Assembly: GCA_003345595.1 (NCBI GenBank)
Contig: PRDI01000027.1
Location: 1-34,899, forward strand
DNA from: Candidatus Thorarchaeota archaeon
GTDB lineage: Archaea > Asgardarchaeota > Thorarchaeia > Thorarchaeales > Thorarchaeaceae
Length of the DNA: 34,899 bases
Direction: 5' to 3'
Part shown: piece after piece, positions 26,451-34,899 of the stretch
How the letters are laid out: every line of letters begins with the position of its first letter
Position numbering within the stretch: position 1 is the first letter of the stretch
Made by a program: the position numbers and the translations under genes
Notes under the pieces: generated by a model
The model's database searches: none
The model's input: only the letters and a program-made list of their open reading frames with translations
Told to the model about the DNA's origin: nothing

Positions 26451-27122
26451 CTAGGCCACCGCAGGCTCAACTGATTCAGGCGGCACGGCAAGGGGAATGT
26501 GCCTTCGTCTGAACCACGGATTGGTCAGTCCAAGGGTCGAGAAAACAGTCCCGAGTGTGATTAGCACATTGTTGAGAATCACTTGGTTCGCCACAAGCTG
26601 GCTCACGAAACCCAGCAGGAACGAGAGGACCATCAGATCACTCCTGACCTCTTTCAGCCTGTTCGTCTTCCATGTGATTATGAAGGTGACAATCATTGTC
26701 ATAGTGAGCACCAAGACAACTGGGATACAGAGTAACATGATCACCTCTTCCGACGGTCCAAGCAACGCAACAAGGACCCAGTAGGCCGCGAGTAGGCCAA
26801 CTATCCTGGGATGATACCTGCGTGCCCTGGGCAACCAGATGTGCAAAGCGACGACCAGTAGTGGAAAGGCTGTTCCCATGATAACGAGTGTTCGTAGACG
26901 GAACAGGTTCAACGACATTTCGACCACCCCAATGAGTGGAAGTGTCCGAATCAAGGTGTTGAATGCCTGAGCCATGAACGTGGTACCGAACATCAGGGGC
27001 AGGTCTGTGTAGAGATGGTTCTTCTGTCTGAACCAGAGTGCGAGCAGGTACAGGGAGAGCACTGCTGAGAACGCAGCCGTTGCCAAGTTGGCGGTGACTG
27101 CGGTGTCAAATATGAGCTGCAT
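26451..27122 (-). CDS. Hypothetical polytopic membrane protein (about 7 TM)
   Basis: About seven hydrophobic stretches with short basic loops. Ends 26 nt upstream of the CPBP gene on the same strand. Confidence 0.75.
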   Translation of the reverse strand: MQLIFDTAVTANLATAAFSAVLSLYLLALWFRQKNHLYTDLPLMFGTTFMAQAFNTLIRTLPLIGVVEMSLNLFRLRTLVIMGTAFPLLVVALHIWLPRARRYHPRIVGLLAAYWVLVALLGPSEEVIMLLCIPVVLVLTMTMIVTFIITWKTNRLKEVRSDLMVLSFLLGFVSQLVANQVILNNVLITLGTVFSTLGLTNPWFRRRHIPLAVPPESVEPAVA

Positions 27123-27370
27123 GGATTCCGTCCTCTATCTTGGTCCGAGCTGCAATGACGTATCATGGCATACAATAAAAGGAGCAACAAATCCATACGC
27201 CAACACAGGCACAGGGCAAATACGTCACACTGAAGGGCCAGCGGCTCACCCTACGTGTTTCTGCTCAAAAACAGTCTTTTGTCGAACTGGTCATCGTTCT
27301 TCTCGTGACCCTTAAATAACATGGTCGACGCGATTGTTCCTTCACGGAAGAACTGACTGGGTGATTCACA

Positions 27371-28240
27371 TTGTGTGATTGGTGTATGAAGCACGGAGCT
27401 GGCGGCAAGTGGTACATGAATGCGAGGAACTACTCCTATGAGCTCGCTGAGGAGTACAACATGCAGGCGTACCTCGAAGAACAGTGGAAGAACATGGAAA
27501 CCCTGTTCATCCGCAAGATCATGGGGTTCAGTTCCATTGGTCTCGGGTACAAGATGCAGATGCCGCTCATCGGACGTTTTCTTCGGTGGGCCGCTGAGAG
27601 GCAGATACACAGCGAGAAGCCCGGACGAAACCCGGTGAGAGCCGATGGCCACTTCGGACAGGTACTCCCCCTTGAGGACGCTCAGCACATAATTGGCAAC
27701 CTAGCGGCTGAGCCCATCATAAAGAACTACTGTGTATGCAGGTGGATGCAAAGAGGAGTGAAGGATGCTGTGTGCATCAATTTCGGCTGTCTCAGTAATA
27801 TAATCCCGAAACTCACTAGATACATCCCGGTTGATCAGAAGTGGCAGCTGGACAGGGAGGAGGCCATTGCAGCTCTCGAGGAGCAGAACAAGAGAGGATA
27901 TGTAGCATCTGTCTGGTTCCAGCCAGTGCCCTACATCAATGCAATATGCTCATGTGAGAGTCCGGAGTGTGGAGGCCTACGCCTAAGGAACGACTTCGGC
28001 CTCAGGACGGTCTACAAAGGCGAATACGTCGTCACGCTTGACCGTGACAAGTGCCAAGGTTGCAAGAACTGTGTTAAGATGTGTCAGTTTGGAGCTCTCC
28101 GGTATCTTCCATCAATCAAGAAGGTAATTGTCAACCACGACAAATGCTTTGGATGTGGAGTATGCAGGCACGCATGCAACAACGATGCCCTCACTCTCGT
28201 ACCCCGGGAGTCAGTGCCCGGACAGGCTGGCAAGTTCTAG
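27371..28240 (+). CDS. Cys-rich Fe-S protein with C-terminal 2x[4Fe-4S] ferredoxin domain
   Basis: Two CxxCxxCxxxC motifs at the C-terminus, plus CxxCxxH, CVCR and CSC-x4-C. Confidence 0.85.
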   Translation: MCDWCMKHGAGGKWYMNARNYSYELAEEYNMQAYLEEQWKNMETLFIRKIMGFSSIGLGYKMQMPLIGRFLRWAAERQIHSEKPGRNPVRADGHFGQVLPLEDAQHIIGNLAAEPIIKNYCVCRWMQRGVKDAVCINFGCLSNIIPKLTRYIPVDQKWQLDREEAIAALEEQNKRGYVASVWFQPVPYINAICSCESPECGGLRLRNDFGLRTVYKGEYVVTLDRDKCQGCKNCVKMCQFGALRYLPSIKKVIVNHDKCFGCGVCRHACNNDALTLVPRESVPGQAGKF

Positions 28241-28254
28241 CGGTGGTGAACTGA

Positions 28255-28536
28255 ATGGACAAGACACAGATCAAGATCGACTACAAGAAGTGTGGTCCCA
28301 ATGCAAGGATCGACCCCAGAGAGTGCAGGAAGTGCATGAATGTCTGTGACCCGGCAGTGTTTCTGATGCACCCAACGCTTGAGGAGCACAAGGACCCGTA
28401 CAACCCGGAGAAATGGTTAGTGACGCCTGTTTGGCCCTGCATGTGCACTGGATGCATGAGATGTGCACAGGTATGTCCGGAACAGGCAATCACAGTAAAA
28501 GCACAGCGGTCTCTGTATCAACTACGTCAGCCTTAG
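28255..28536 (+). CDS. 2x[4Fe-4S] ferredoxin
   Basis: C-x10-CxxCxxxC and CxxCxxCxxxCP motifs. GGTGGTGA RBS. Confidence 0.85.
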   Translation: MDKTQIKIDYKKCGPNARIDPRECRKCMNVCDPAVFLMHPTLEEHKDPYNPEKWLVTPVWPCMCTGCMRCAQVCPEQAITVKAQRSLYQLRQP

Positions 28537-28608
28537 AGCTTCACGATAGAGTTGGGCAATCACTATCGATAAGCTCGATTCAGATGGATGTCTAAGGGCC
28601 TGACTTGT

Positions 28609-29688
28609 TCAGGGTTGAAGAGTAGTTATCGGCCGTGCCTGAACCACAACTAGGCGAGAGCCCTTGATACACCACTCTACGTCCTGAGGGCAACCCAGAA
28701 GATGCTCAATCTCCAAGCCCTTCCGCGCAATCCTCAGTATCTCTCGATCCTCCAACGTGAACTCTTCCTGCTTGTCACGTGGTGTTGACTGAAGCAATAC
28801 GCGTTCTCCCTCATCGCTTTCACTAGGCACAGCTGTGACTGCCTTTGAACCAAGCGTGCGCTGTATCACCCGCATTGGATCCTTACCGAGTACATAGGTG
28901 TCAGGTACTATCCTCCCTGAAACCAGGGGTTCTCCTAGCCCCCAAGTGGATTCTACTATCATCTGGCTGTGGTCATTCGTAACTGTATTGGCTGTGAACA
29001 TGACACCGGAAACGTCTGCCGGAATCATCTCTTGCACAATGACCCCCATTGCTACTCTGTTGATTCTGATGCCCCTGCTGTGAAGATATAGAACAGAGCG
29101 TGAAGAAATGGCTGACTGCCATGTCCTCTTCACAGCATCGATAATGTTCTCAACTCCATTCACACCTAGGAAGCTCTCAGCCTGTCCCGCGAACGAAACC
29201 TGCTTTCCATCTTCTATGTTGGCTGAGGATCGGACTGCATACTTCGTGTCGTGACTGCCTACTCTCCTGTCGAGCTGCAGGAAGGCAGCAGCGATCTCTT
29301 CTCTCATCTTCTTGGCCATCGTGCACTGCCCCCCAAGCTGCTCAAGCTCTGTAGCAGCATCCAGAATCTCTTCGATGTTGGTTGAGGCTTCTAGACGTTG
29401 CAGCACTTCTCGCGAACGGGGCACTCTGTCCAAGAACTCCGTGAAGCAGTCGCAAGAGATTGTGAACCCGTTCGGCACATCGATACCTGCACGATAAAGC
29501 CGCCCAAGGTTTACTGCCTTGCCACCGAGCTTCTCGTATTCGTCTTGATTTATCTGTTCCAAGAACGTGACTGAATGAAACCGCCGAGTCGGAGAATCAT
29601 CTAGGCCATGATCCGGATGCGAGGTTTCCATCCTGGTCTTCTCTCCTGAGGACGACTTCTCCCTTCGGCGCGCCAAAGTAGCAGTCAC
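28609..29688 (-). CDS. Stand-alone PEP-synthase/PPDK N-terminal ATP-grasp (nucleotide-binding) domain protein
   Basis: GGKAVNL, VPNGF, AVRSSA..ED...SFAGQ, VIVQEMI, SGVMFT, WGLGEPLVSG, PQDVEW, QARPIT, then stop. Alternative start at ATG 29631. Confidence 0.92.
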   Translation of the reverse strand: MTATLARRREKSSSGEKTRMETSHPDHGLDDSPTRRFHSVTFLEQINQDEYEKLGGKAVNLGRLYRAGIDVPNGFTISCDCFTEFLDRVPRSREVLQRLEASTNIEEILDAATELEQLGGQCTMAKKMREEIAAAFLQLDRRVGSHDTKYAVRSSANIEDGKQVSFAGQAESFLGVNGVENIIDAVKRTWQSAISSRSVLYLHSRGIRINRVAMGVIVQEMIPADVSGVMFTANTVTNDHSQMIVESTWGLGEPLVSGRIVPDTYVLGKDPMRVIQRTLGSKAVTAVPSESDEGERVLLQSTPRDKQEEFTLEDREILRIARKGLEIEHLLGCPQDVEWCIKGSRLVVVQARPITTLQP

Positions 29689-30035
29689 TCCGATAGCAGA
29701 AGCACACCACCGGCCCCTTCGTCTGGTTGGATGGCCACTCTTTTGCGGTCAAGGCTTTCTGATGTTTCTAGTTTGGTGCCCATCAGCGCAGGAATCTGAA
29801 GCTCTCGGGTGACAATGGCTAAGTGAGAGCCGAGTGCTCCTGATGTGCAGACCACTCCTGCGAGCTTTGGGAGCACAGGGGCCAATGTGGTCGTGCCTGC
29901 GTCCTCAACGAGGACGATTTTACCGTCTGGTCCCTCCTTCCAGAGCTTGATTACGTCCTGGATAGATTTCACGACGCGCAGCTCTCCTTCTGCACTGAGT
30001 CTTAGGGTGATGAGCCCAACTCCGACTCTTCTCAA
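29685..30035 (-). CDS. Stand-alone PEP-utilising mobile (phospho-His swivel) domain protein
   Basis: AGVVCTSGALGSHLAIVTRELQIPALMG matches the G..SH.AI..RE..IP signature. Only 116 aa. Confidence 0.9.
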   Translation of the reverse strand: MRRVGVGLITLRLSAEGELRVVKSIQDVIKLWKEGPDGKIVLVEDAGTTTLAPVLPKLAGVVCTSGALGSHLAIVTRELQIPALMGTKLETSESLDRKRVAIQPDEGAGGVLLLSE

Positions 30036-30083
30036 CTCAGCAGGCCACCAAGACGATATCTTGGCGCTAGGCCGGACCGGGTC

Positions 30084-30194
30084 TTAAAAGAGTCGTGCAT
30101 CTTGACCAGCAGTGTATCGCTAGGATGCCAAATCACTGATGGTTTATCGAAAGACGCCGATTAAGAGGAGTAGCATGTCTGAAATGCTTAATAT
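30084..30194. promoter_or_regulatory. Divergent promoter region (two back-to-back TATA candidates)
   Basis: Minus-strand TTTTAA at 30089-30084 and plus-strand TTAATAT at 30188-30194, each about 50 nt from the facing start codon. Confidence 0.5.
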
Positions 30195-30248
30195 CCGCCA
30201 CAGGGCCGGAGCCAGTTCAATCCGTTTTCAAGACTGTCGCGTGGAGCT

Positions 30249-31415
30249 GTGATTTTGTTGCAGATTCGGGACGCAAACAAACAAATAACTCACCTCTCCT
30301 CGGTCTTCACAAACATCCTGATGGAGAGGGGACTCTTAGAGTCTAAGCTTTTCCCCGTGAATGCTTACATATGCGTTGGTTTCTATCAGACATACGCACG
30401 TCTTTATGATGTCATGAAACAGGTCTGGCAGAAGACAACACCGGAGGAGCTGGCAAAGAAGAGCAAGACCCTGCTCTCAGAAGTTCAGGCTCTATCCACA
30501 ACCTACCTTTGGCTCTACTACTCCCTAGCAAGGATGGGTGTCATCTTCAACAAGTTTGGGGGTGACGTATCCAAGGAGCCCAAAGAGAAACGCGAGCAAT
30601 GGCTCTTCATGCTCGATAACTGGTACAGACTTGCGACCAACTACTTCAACACAGGGAAGCCGACCGTAGCGGCTTCAGGTGGCACGAACCTAGCTTTTGA
30701 CAAGAAGACCATCAGTTGGCTGGTGGATCACCTCCAACCTGTCACCGAGGAAAAAGCAACAAAGACCAGACGTGCAATAGCGTCCGTCGACCTGTACGCA
30801 TTCATGGAAGAATGTGAGGCCCGCGCGAAGATAATTGATCATGGGCCCTATCCGTTGGACGGCGGCGAGGTCCTAGTAGTTTCAGAGTACACGAACCTAT
30901 ACGACGGGACTGGCGATCTCTGGTTGCCCTGGTCCAAGACTGACGCCAAGCTTCCGTCTTCCTCTTTGGGTGTGGCCATGACACTCAAGGGTGCAAGTGT
31001 GACTTTCAATGATGTCGGCACGATGACGGTAGAACCAGGTGACTACTCCAAGCTCGTAACCAAGATGGGCGCCTACACGAAACGCGCTGGCAAGGTGGTC
31101 CCGATTGGCCTTGACGAGCTGTCTGCATATGCGCAAGCGGCAGATGCTGCTCAAGCTGAGCTCTACATGAAGTTCGCAGAATGGGACCGGAAGCAGCTTC
31201 TCATTGCTGGAGCCACCGCATACTGGCGTGGATTCGCAAGGTTCACGAATCAGGTGGGCATAACCAAGAAGATAGACTGGGGTCTCTCGCCCTCCGTGGT
31301 AGAGGAGTATCTTCCGAAGTTCATGGAAGTCGACGCAGACCCGGCATTCTTCAGAATGTTTCGTGAGCCCGAGGAGCTGGAAAAGGACCCAACACTCTAC
31401 CTACTCCCAGGGTAG
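30249..31415 (+). CDS. Hypothetical soluble protein, 388 aa (candidate phospho-acceptor/substrate-binding subunit)
   Basis: Long ORF with globular composition, aromatic-rich helical N-terminal half, no TM segment. Function inferred from context only. Confidence 0.8.
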   Translation: MILLQIRDANKQITHLSSVFTNILMERGLLESKLFPVNAYICVGFYQTYARLYDVMKQVWQKTTPEELAKKSKTLLSEVQALSTTYLWLYYSLARMGVIFNKFGGDVSKEPKEKREQWLFMLDNWYRLATNYFNTGKPTVAASGGTNLAFDKKTISWLVDHLQPVTEEKATKTRRAIASVDLYAFMEECEARAKIIDHGPYPLDGGEVLVVSEYTNLYDGTGDLWLPWSKTDAKLPSSSLGVAMTLKGASVTFNDVGTMTVEPGDYSKLVTKMGAYTKRAGKVVPIGLDELSAYAQAADAAQAELYMKFAEWDRKQLLIAGATAYWRGFARFTNQVGITKKIDWGLSPSVVEEYLPKFMEVDADPAFFRMFREPEELEKDPTLYLLPG

Positions 31416-31444
31416 TGAGGTTGAACGTACGGACGTGATGTCAC

Positions 31445-32380
31445 ATGAGTAGACCCAGTGAAACCGATGAATCTCTCCATTCGCCGTCTGGGCGTCCGGA
31501 CTGGCGCGAGAGCTACTACTTCAACTTCGTCGATTCAGGACTGAACGTGTCTGGCTTCTCAACCATCGGTCTTCTGCCCAATGTCGGTAAGCGCGAATTC
31601 GTCTTTGTTCTCTTTCACGATGGCAAGCGAGAAGTGTACTTTGTCGAGCCTACAGGTGCAGTCCCGAAGGGTCATGCCGAGTCTCTCTCTGATGGCCATT
31701 TGAGCTATGAGCTCATCAGCCCTCTTCATGAGTGGAGAATCAGTTTCGCCGGAGTCGACATGACAGCGGAACTGAAGTGGAAGGCGCGATACCCGGCATA
31801 CATGTTCGGCACAGGAAGTGGTACGTCTTGGACTGGCCACTTCGAGCAGTCTGGACGTGTGACTGGCACGATAGAGTTGGCGAAGGGTGGACCAATCAAG
31901 CTGAAGGGCCTTGGTGAGCGTGACAAGAGCTGGGGCACACGCGATTGGCACATCGAGGGCTGGTTTGCTCTCCACGCACAGTTCGAAACCTTCTCGATAG
32001 GGCTTCGACGTGACATGGTGAAGGGGGAAGCGCATTCGTCGGGTGGCATCTCTTCGGCTAGGAAGCACGTGCCAGTCACAGATGTTGAGCTTCAAACCGG
32101 GTTCTCAAGAGGTGAATCGCGTATGCCAATCAAGGCCAAAACGCGTGTTCACGGGGCAGACGGTTCTTGCTACACCCTACAGTCAAAAATGATATCGCCT
32201 AGTGCTTTCGTCAGATTCTCTCGCCCGTTCCCCGGCGGTACAACTGAGCTATACGAAAACATGGCTGTCCACAAGTGTCAGGAGTCAGGTGAAACAGGCA
32301 GCGGGCTGCTAGAGTGGCTGTTCACACATCCTGAAACACAAGGGCCGGCTGCGGATCAGAAGACCCGCCCGGCACCTTGA
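31445..32380 (+). CDS. Tocopherol-cyclase/CrtC/AttH-like beta-barrel protein
   Basis: WRESYYFNF, GHFEQSGRVTGTI, GLGERDKSWGTRDW, C-terminal GSGLLEW. Beta-strand-rich. Confidence 0.7.
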   Translation: MSRPSETDESLHSPSGRPDWRESYYFNFVDSGLNVSGFSTIGLLPNVGKREFVFVLFHDGKREVYFVEPTGAVPKGHAESLSDGHLSYELISPLHEWRISFAGVDMTAELKWKARYPAYMFGTGSGTSWTGHFEQSGRVTGTIELAKGGPIKLKGLGERDKSWGTRDWHIEGWFALHAQFETFSIGLRRDMVKGEAHSSGGISSARKHVPVTDVELQTGFSRGESRMPIKAKTRVHGADGSCYTLQSKMISPSAFVRFSRPFPGGTTELYENMAVHKCQESGETGSGLLEWLFTHPETQGPAADQKTRPAP

Positions 32381-32401
32381 AGGCTCACTTGTACCACTAT
32401 T

Positions 32402-34129
32402 TCACGTTGTCAGCATTGTGGGTATAGGAAGAGCTGCCGCCAGAACCCAAGCGAACAACATAGCATTGACTGCAGCACCAAGGTAGTAGTGGTCTGTAAG
32501 GTGATAGCCCCACACCGTGACGACCGCGCTAGTGGCGAAATAGGGCGTGAAGGCATAGAAAAACAGGAGAGAGAAACCTGCATACCCCACAATGATTGGC
32601 ATCCCCGTGATTAGACCAAAGCCGTACTCAAGTATCACGATGGAGAGGTACGGGATGCACTTGATGAACATCGCCCTAATGGTCCAGTCCAACTGTGTAC
32701 GACCCCAAGTCTGTTTCGCCCCCGTCCTCAAAACCCCCATCAACCAGAACCCGTCAACCAAGAAGTAGACGAAAAACACTACAAAGTACAGCGGCGCTAC
32801 TAGCGCACGAGCTGGCGTGAGGTCGTTGAACCCGGGGAGGAAACACCGGATGTCGAGTGCGAAACCTAGGTCAACCAAGAGGGTCCATGCATAGAGCCAG
32901 ACAGTCACAGAGAGAGCCAACAGGAGAGTTCTCACGAGCTTTCGGAGTGGTACTTCAGAACCACCGTCTATGCTGACGAGGGATTTGAGGCTGACACCAG
33001 ATCTAGGAAACCGCCAAAGGACGAGAGCGGCAATCAGTGCACTTCCCAGAATCCATGTGCTCACCGCAAGACCAAAGCTTTGCAGCGGGTGAATCACTCC
33101 TTCCGCCAACGCGCCAATTGCTAAGAGCGGGAAGAACGTTCCCAGACCAATCGCACCGTAGACAAGCCCCCGGATGACGTACGACTTGCTACTTGCCGGA
33201 TTTCCTGTGTTGGATTCATGTTTCAGTCCGGAGAAGGCGGGAAGGTCGATTACGATTGCCAGCAACGGAAACACCGAGAGAAGTGCGCCAAGGAGGCTCA
33301 GGAATCCCCCTACCAGCCAACATGGATAGATGAGGTCTGTCTTCTGAAGCCAGTGTGCGTCCTCTGATCCTCCTTTTAGAGTGTCCTTCATCCATTCAAC
33401 ACTCTCACTCACAATCTCTGGGTTCACTGTTTCGAACAGATGGTTTGTACGGGCAATGAAAAGCTCACGAGCAGTCCCGTTTCTGAAGTCACCATAAACG
33501 GTGCCTGCTTCGATGTCTGTGCGACCGAACGACTCCTGCAGACCAGTGCGGTTTGTGGAATAGCGCACGAGAGAATCAAACTCGCCTACTGCAACGAGCA
33601 TGTTTCTAGGATACGTTGTGTTGGCTGTGTCAATGACAGGGCTGCCAACTATGACCAGCGCATTCACAGCGACTGTCGAGTTCTGAATGGCAGTCCACGC
33701 GATTCCTCCTCCCATACTATGACCGATGATACCGATAGAGGACGCATTGACGTAGTCGAGTGTGGTCAGAAACTCTAGGGCAGCAGTCCCTGCACCTGTG
33801 CCCGGGTCTGAGTCACCATGCCCGTTTGCATCGATTGTCAGCACGACAAATCCTCGTCGGGCCAACTCGATACCGAAGGCCATGAGCCATTCCTTGCTCT
33901 GAATGATGCCGTGAATCACCACTACAGCTGGAAGCGGGACTGAGTTCGTGGCGTAGGTAGGCCTCTGGAGGGTGCTGTGTATATTGGAGCCATCAGCTGC
34001 CCGGAAGTCGACTTCAGTCACAGCGACACTGCCCAGCCCTCCTTGGATCACAGATGCTGTGGCAGTGCCGGTTAGGATTAGAACCACACTGAGTATCAGT
34101 ATGACATACCTTGGGCGGAATCTTGACAT
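32402..34129 (-). CDS. Membrane-anchored alpha/beta hydrolase with polytopic C-terminal domain
   Basis: N-terminal signal/TM, HG oxyanion motif, GHG.S, nucleophile GHSMGG, candidate Asp (GEFD) and His (NHLFE), then about 8 TM segments. Confidence 0.88.
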   Translation of the reverse strand: MSRFRPRYVILILSVVLILTGTATASVIQGGLGSVAVTEVDFRAADGSNIHSTLQRPTYATNSVPLPAVVVIHGIIQSKEWLMAFGIELARRGFVVLTIDANGHGDSDPGTGAGTAALEFLTTLDYVNASSIGIIGHSMGGGIAWTAIQNSTVAVNALVIVGSPVIDTANTTYPRNMLVAVGEFDSLVRYSTNRTGLQESFGRTDIEAGTVYGDFRNGTARELFIARTNHLFETVNPEIVSESVEWMKDTLKGGSEDAHWLQKTDLIYPCWLVGGFLSLLGALLSVFPLLAIVIDLPAFSGLKHESNTGNPASSKSYVIRGLVYGAIGLGTFFPLLAIGALAEGVIHPLQSFGLAVSTWILGSALIAALVLWRFPRSGVSLKSLVSIDGGSEVPLRKLVRTLLLALSVTVWLYAWTLLVDLGFALDIRCFLPGFNDLTPARALVAPLYFVVFFVYFLVDGFWLMGVLRTGAKQTWGRTQLDWTIRAMFIKCIPYLSIVILEYGFGLITGMPIIVGYAGFSLLFFYAFTPYFATSAVVTVWGYHLTDHYYLGAAVNAMLFAWVLAAALPIPTMLTT

Positions 34130-34236
34130 GGACTGCTTCTCCTGAGTGAACCCCGACTGTTGTCAATCCCCCATTTATCTAGTATGAATCTGAGGAATAG
34201 GAATCCATATCATGCTCATGAGCATCTCGTACTTCG

Positions 34237-34875
34237 ATGCCAGACTGGGAACAGATATTCGGTGAAAGGGGCAAGGTCTTCACCGAACCCCATAAGGACA
34301 TGGCTAGGATTGCCGATCTGTTCTGCGACAAAGGCGTTCACAGGGTCTTGGACTTGGGCTGTGGAACCGGACGACACCTCGTATTCTTCTCGCGACGCGG
34401 GTTCGAGGTGTACGGCTTCGATGCGTCGCCTCGGGCGCTATCTATAGCTCATCAATGGTTACACGAGGAAGGTCTTGAAGCAGACCTGAGGCTGCACCGG
34501 ATGGAGAATCGTTTTCCTTATGCCGATGCATTCTTCGATGCCATCGTTTCGGTACAAGTGATTCATCACAACCTGATGAAGGGCATTTTGAAGACGGCAC
34601 GGGAAATTGATAGGGTTCTAAAGCCTGGAGGTCTGGTTTTCATAACTGTGTCGACAATGACCGAGTACCGCTCTAGAGAGGACTGGGCCCTGGAACTGAT
34701 TGAGAAGGATACATACCTTCCTCATGCAGGCCCTGAGAGTGGCCTACTACACCACTACTTCACTGAGGAAGAGATACGTACGGTCTTCAGTTCGTTCGAC
34801 GTCCTGGAGCTGTACATAGACGACACAAGGCATAGGTGCTTCCTAGGGGTCAAGAGAAACCTCCATGATGGCTAA
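34237..34875 (+). CDS. Class I SAM-dependent methyltransferase
   Basis: VLDLGCGTGRH, GFDAS, FDAIVS, RVLKPGG. Confidence 0.92.
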   Translation: MPDWEQIFGERGKVFTEPHKDMARIADLFCDKGVHRVLDLGCGTGRHLVFFSRRGFEVYGFDASPRALSIAHQWLHEEGLEADLRLHRMENRFPYADAFFDAIVSVQVIHHNLMKGILKTAREIDRVLKPGGLVFITVSTMTEYRSREDWALELIEKDTYLPHAGPESGLLHHYFTEEEIRTVFSSFDVLELYIDDTRHRCFLGVKRNLHDG

Positions 34876-34899
34876 TCTGCCGGCGAATCCCCAGACCAA

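Noticed and set aside
1-34899. CRISPR arrays, IS elements, rRNA genes, defence systems
   Set aside because: No regularly spaced direct repeats, transposase or nuclease motifs, or rRNA-like sequence seen. All intergenic gaps are under about 250 nt.

Overview
Archaeal chromosomal window with no rRNA, CRISPR array, integrase or transposase that I can recognise. The gene mix (SmAP3, an RPC34/TFEbeta-type factor, cdrS-ftsZ2, mch, intron-containing tRNAs) suggests an Asgard archaeon, possibly Thorarchaeia. That placement is an inference and needs a ribosomal-protein phylogeny. Bases 1-19,100 are mostly housekeeping: archease end, SPOUT methyltransferase, rpl3-rpl4-rpl23-rpl2, cdrS-ftsZ, SmAP3, 2-oxoacid:ferredoxin oxidoreductase beta/gamma, a MoaD/SAMP-like protein, mch, a GH31 glucosidase, pyrB, dCMP deaminase, srp19-gar1-tfeB, rlmE, trm1, and tRNA-Thr(GGU), tRNA-Pro(UGG) and tRNA-Ile(GAU); the first two tRNAs carry introns. 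Bases 19,100-24,700 hold an acetate module: a CoA-transferase/GNAT fusion divergent from an OFA-type MFS transporter and acs. Bases 24,800-34,900 are accessory. The best candidate for an undescribed system is at 28.6-32.4 kb. There a PEP-synthase-type phosphotransfer machine is split into a stand-alone phospho-His swivel protein and a stand-alone ATP-grasp protein. These are transcribed divergently from a 388-aa protein of unknown function and a tocopherol-cyclase/CrtC-like beta-barrel enzyme. All family calls come from motif recognition only; no database search was run.
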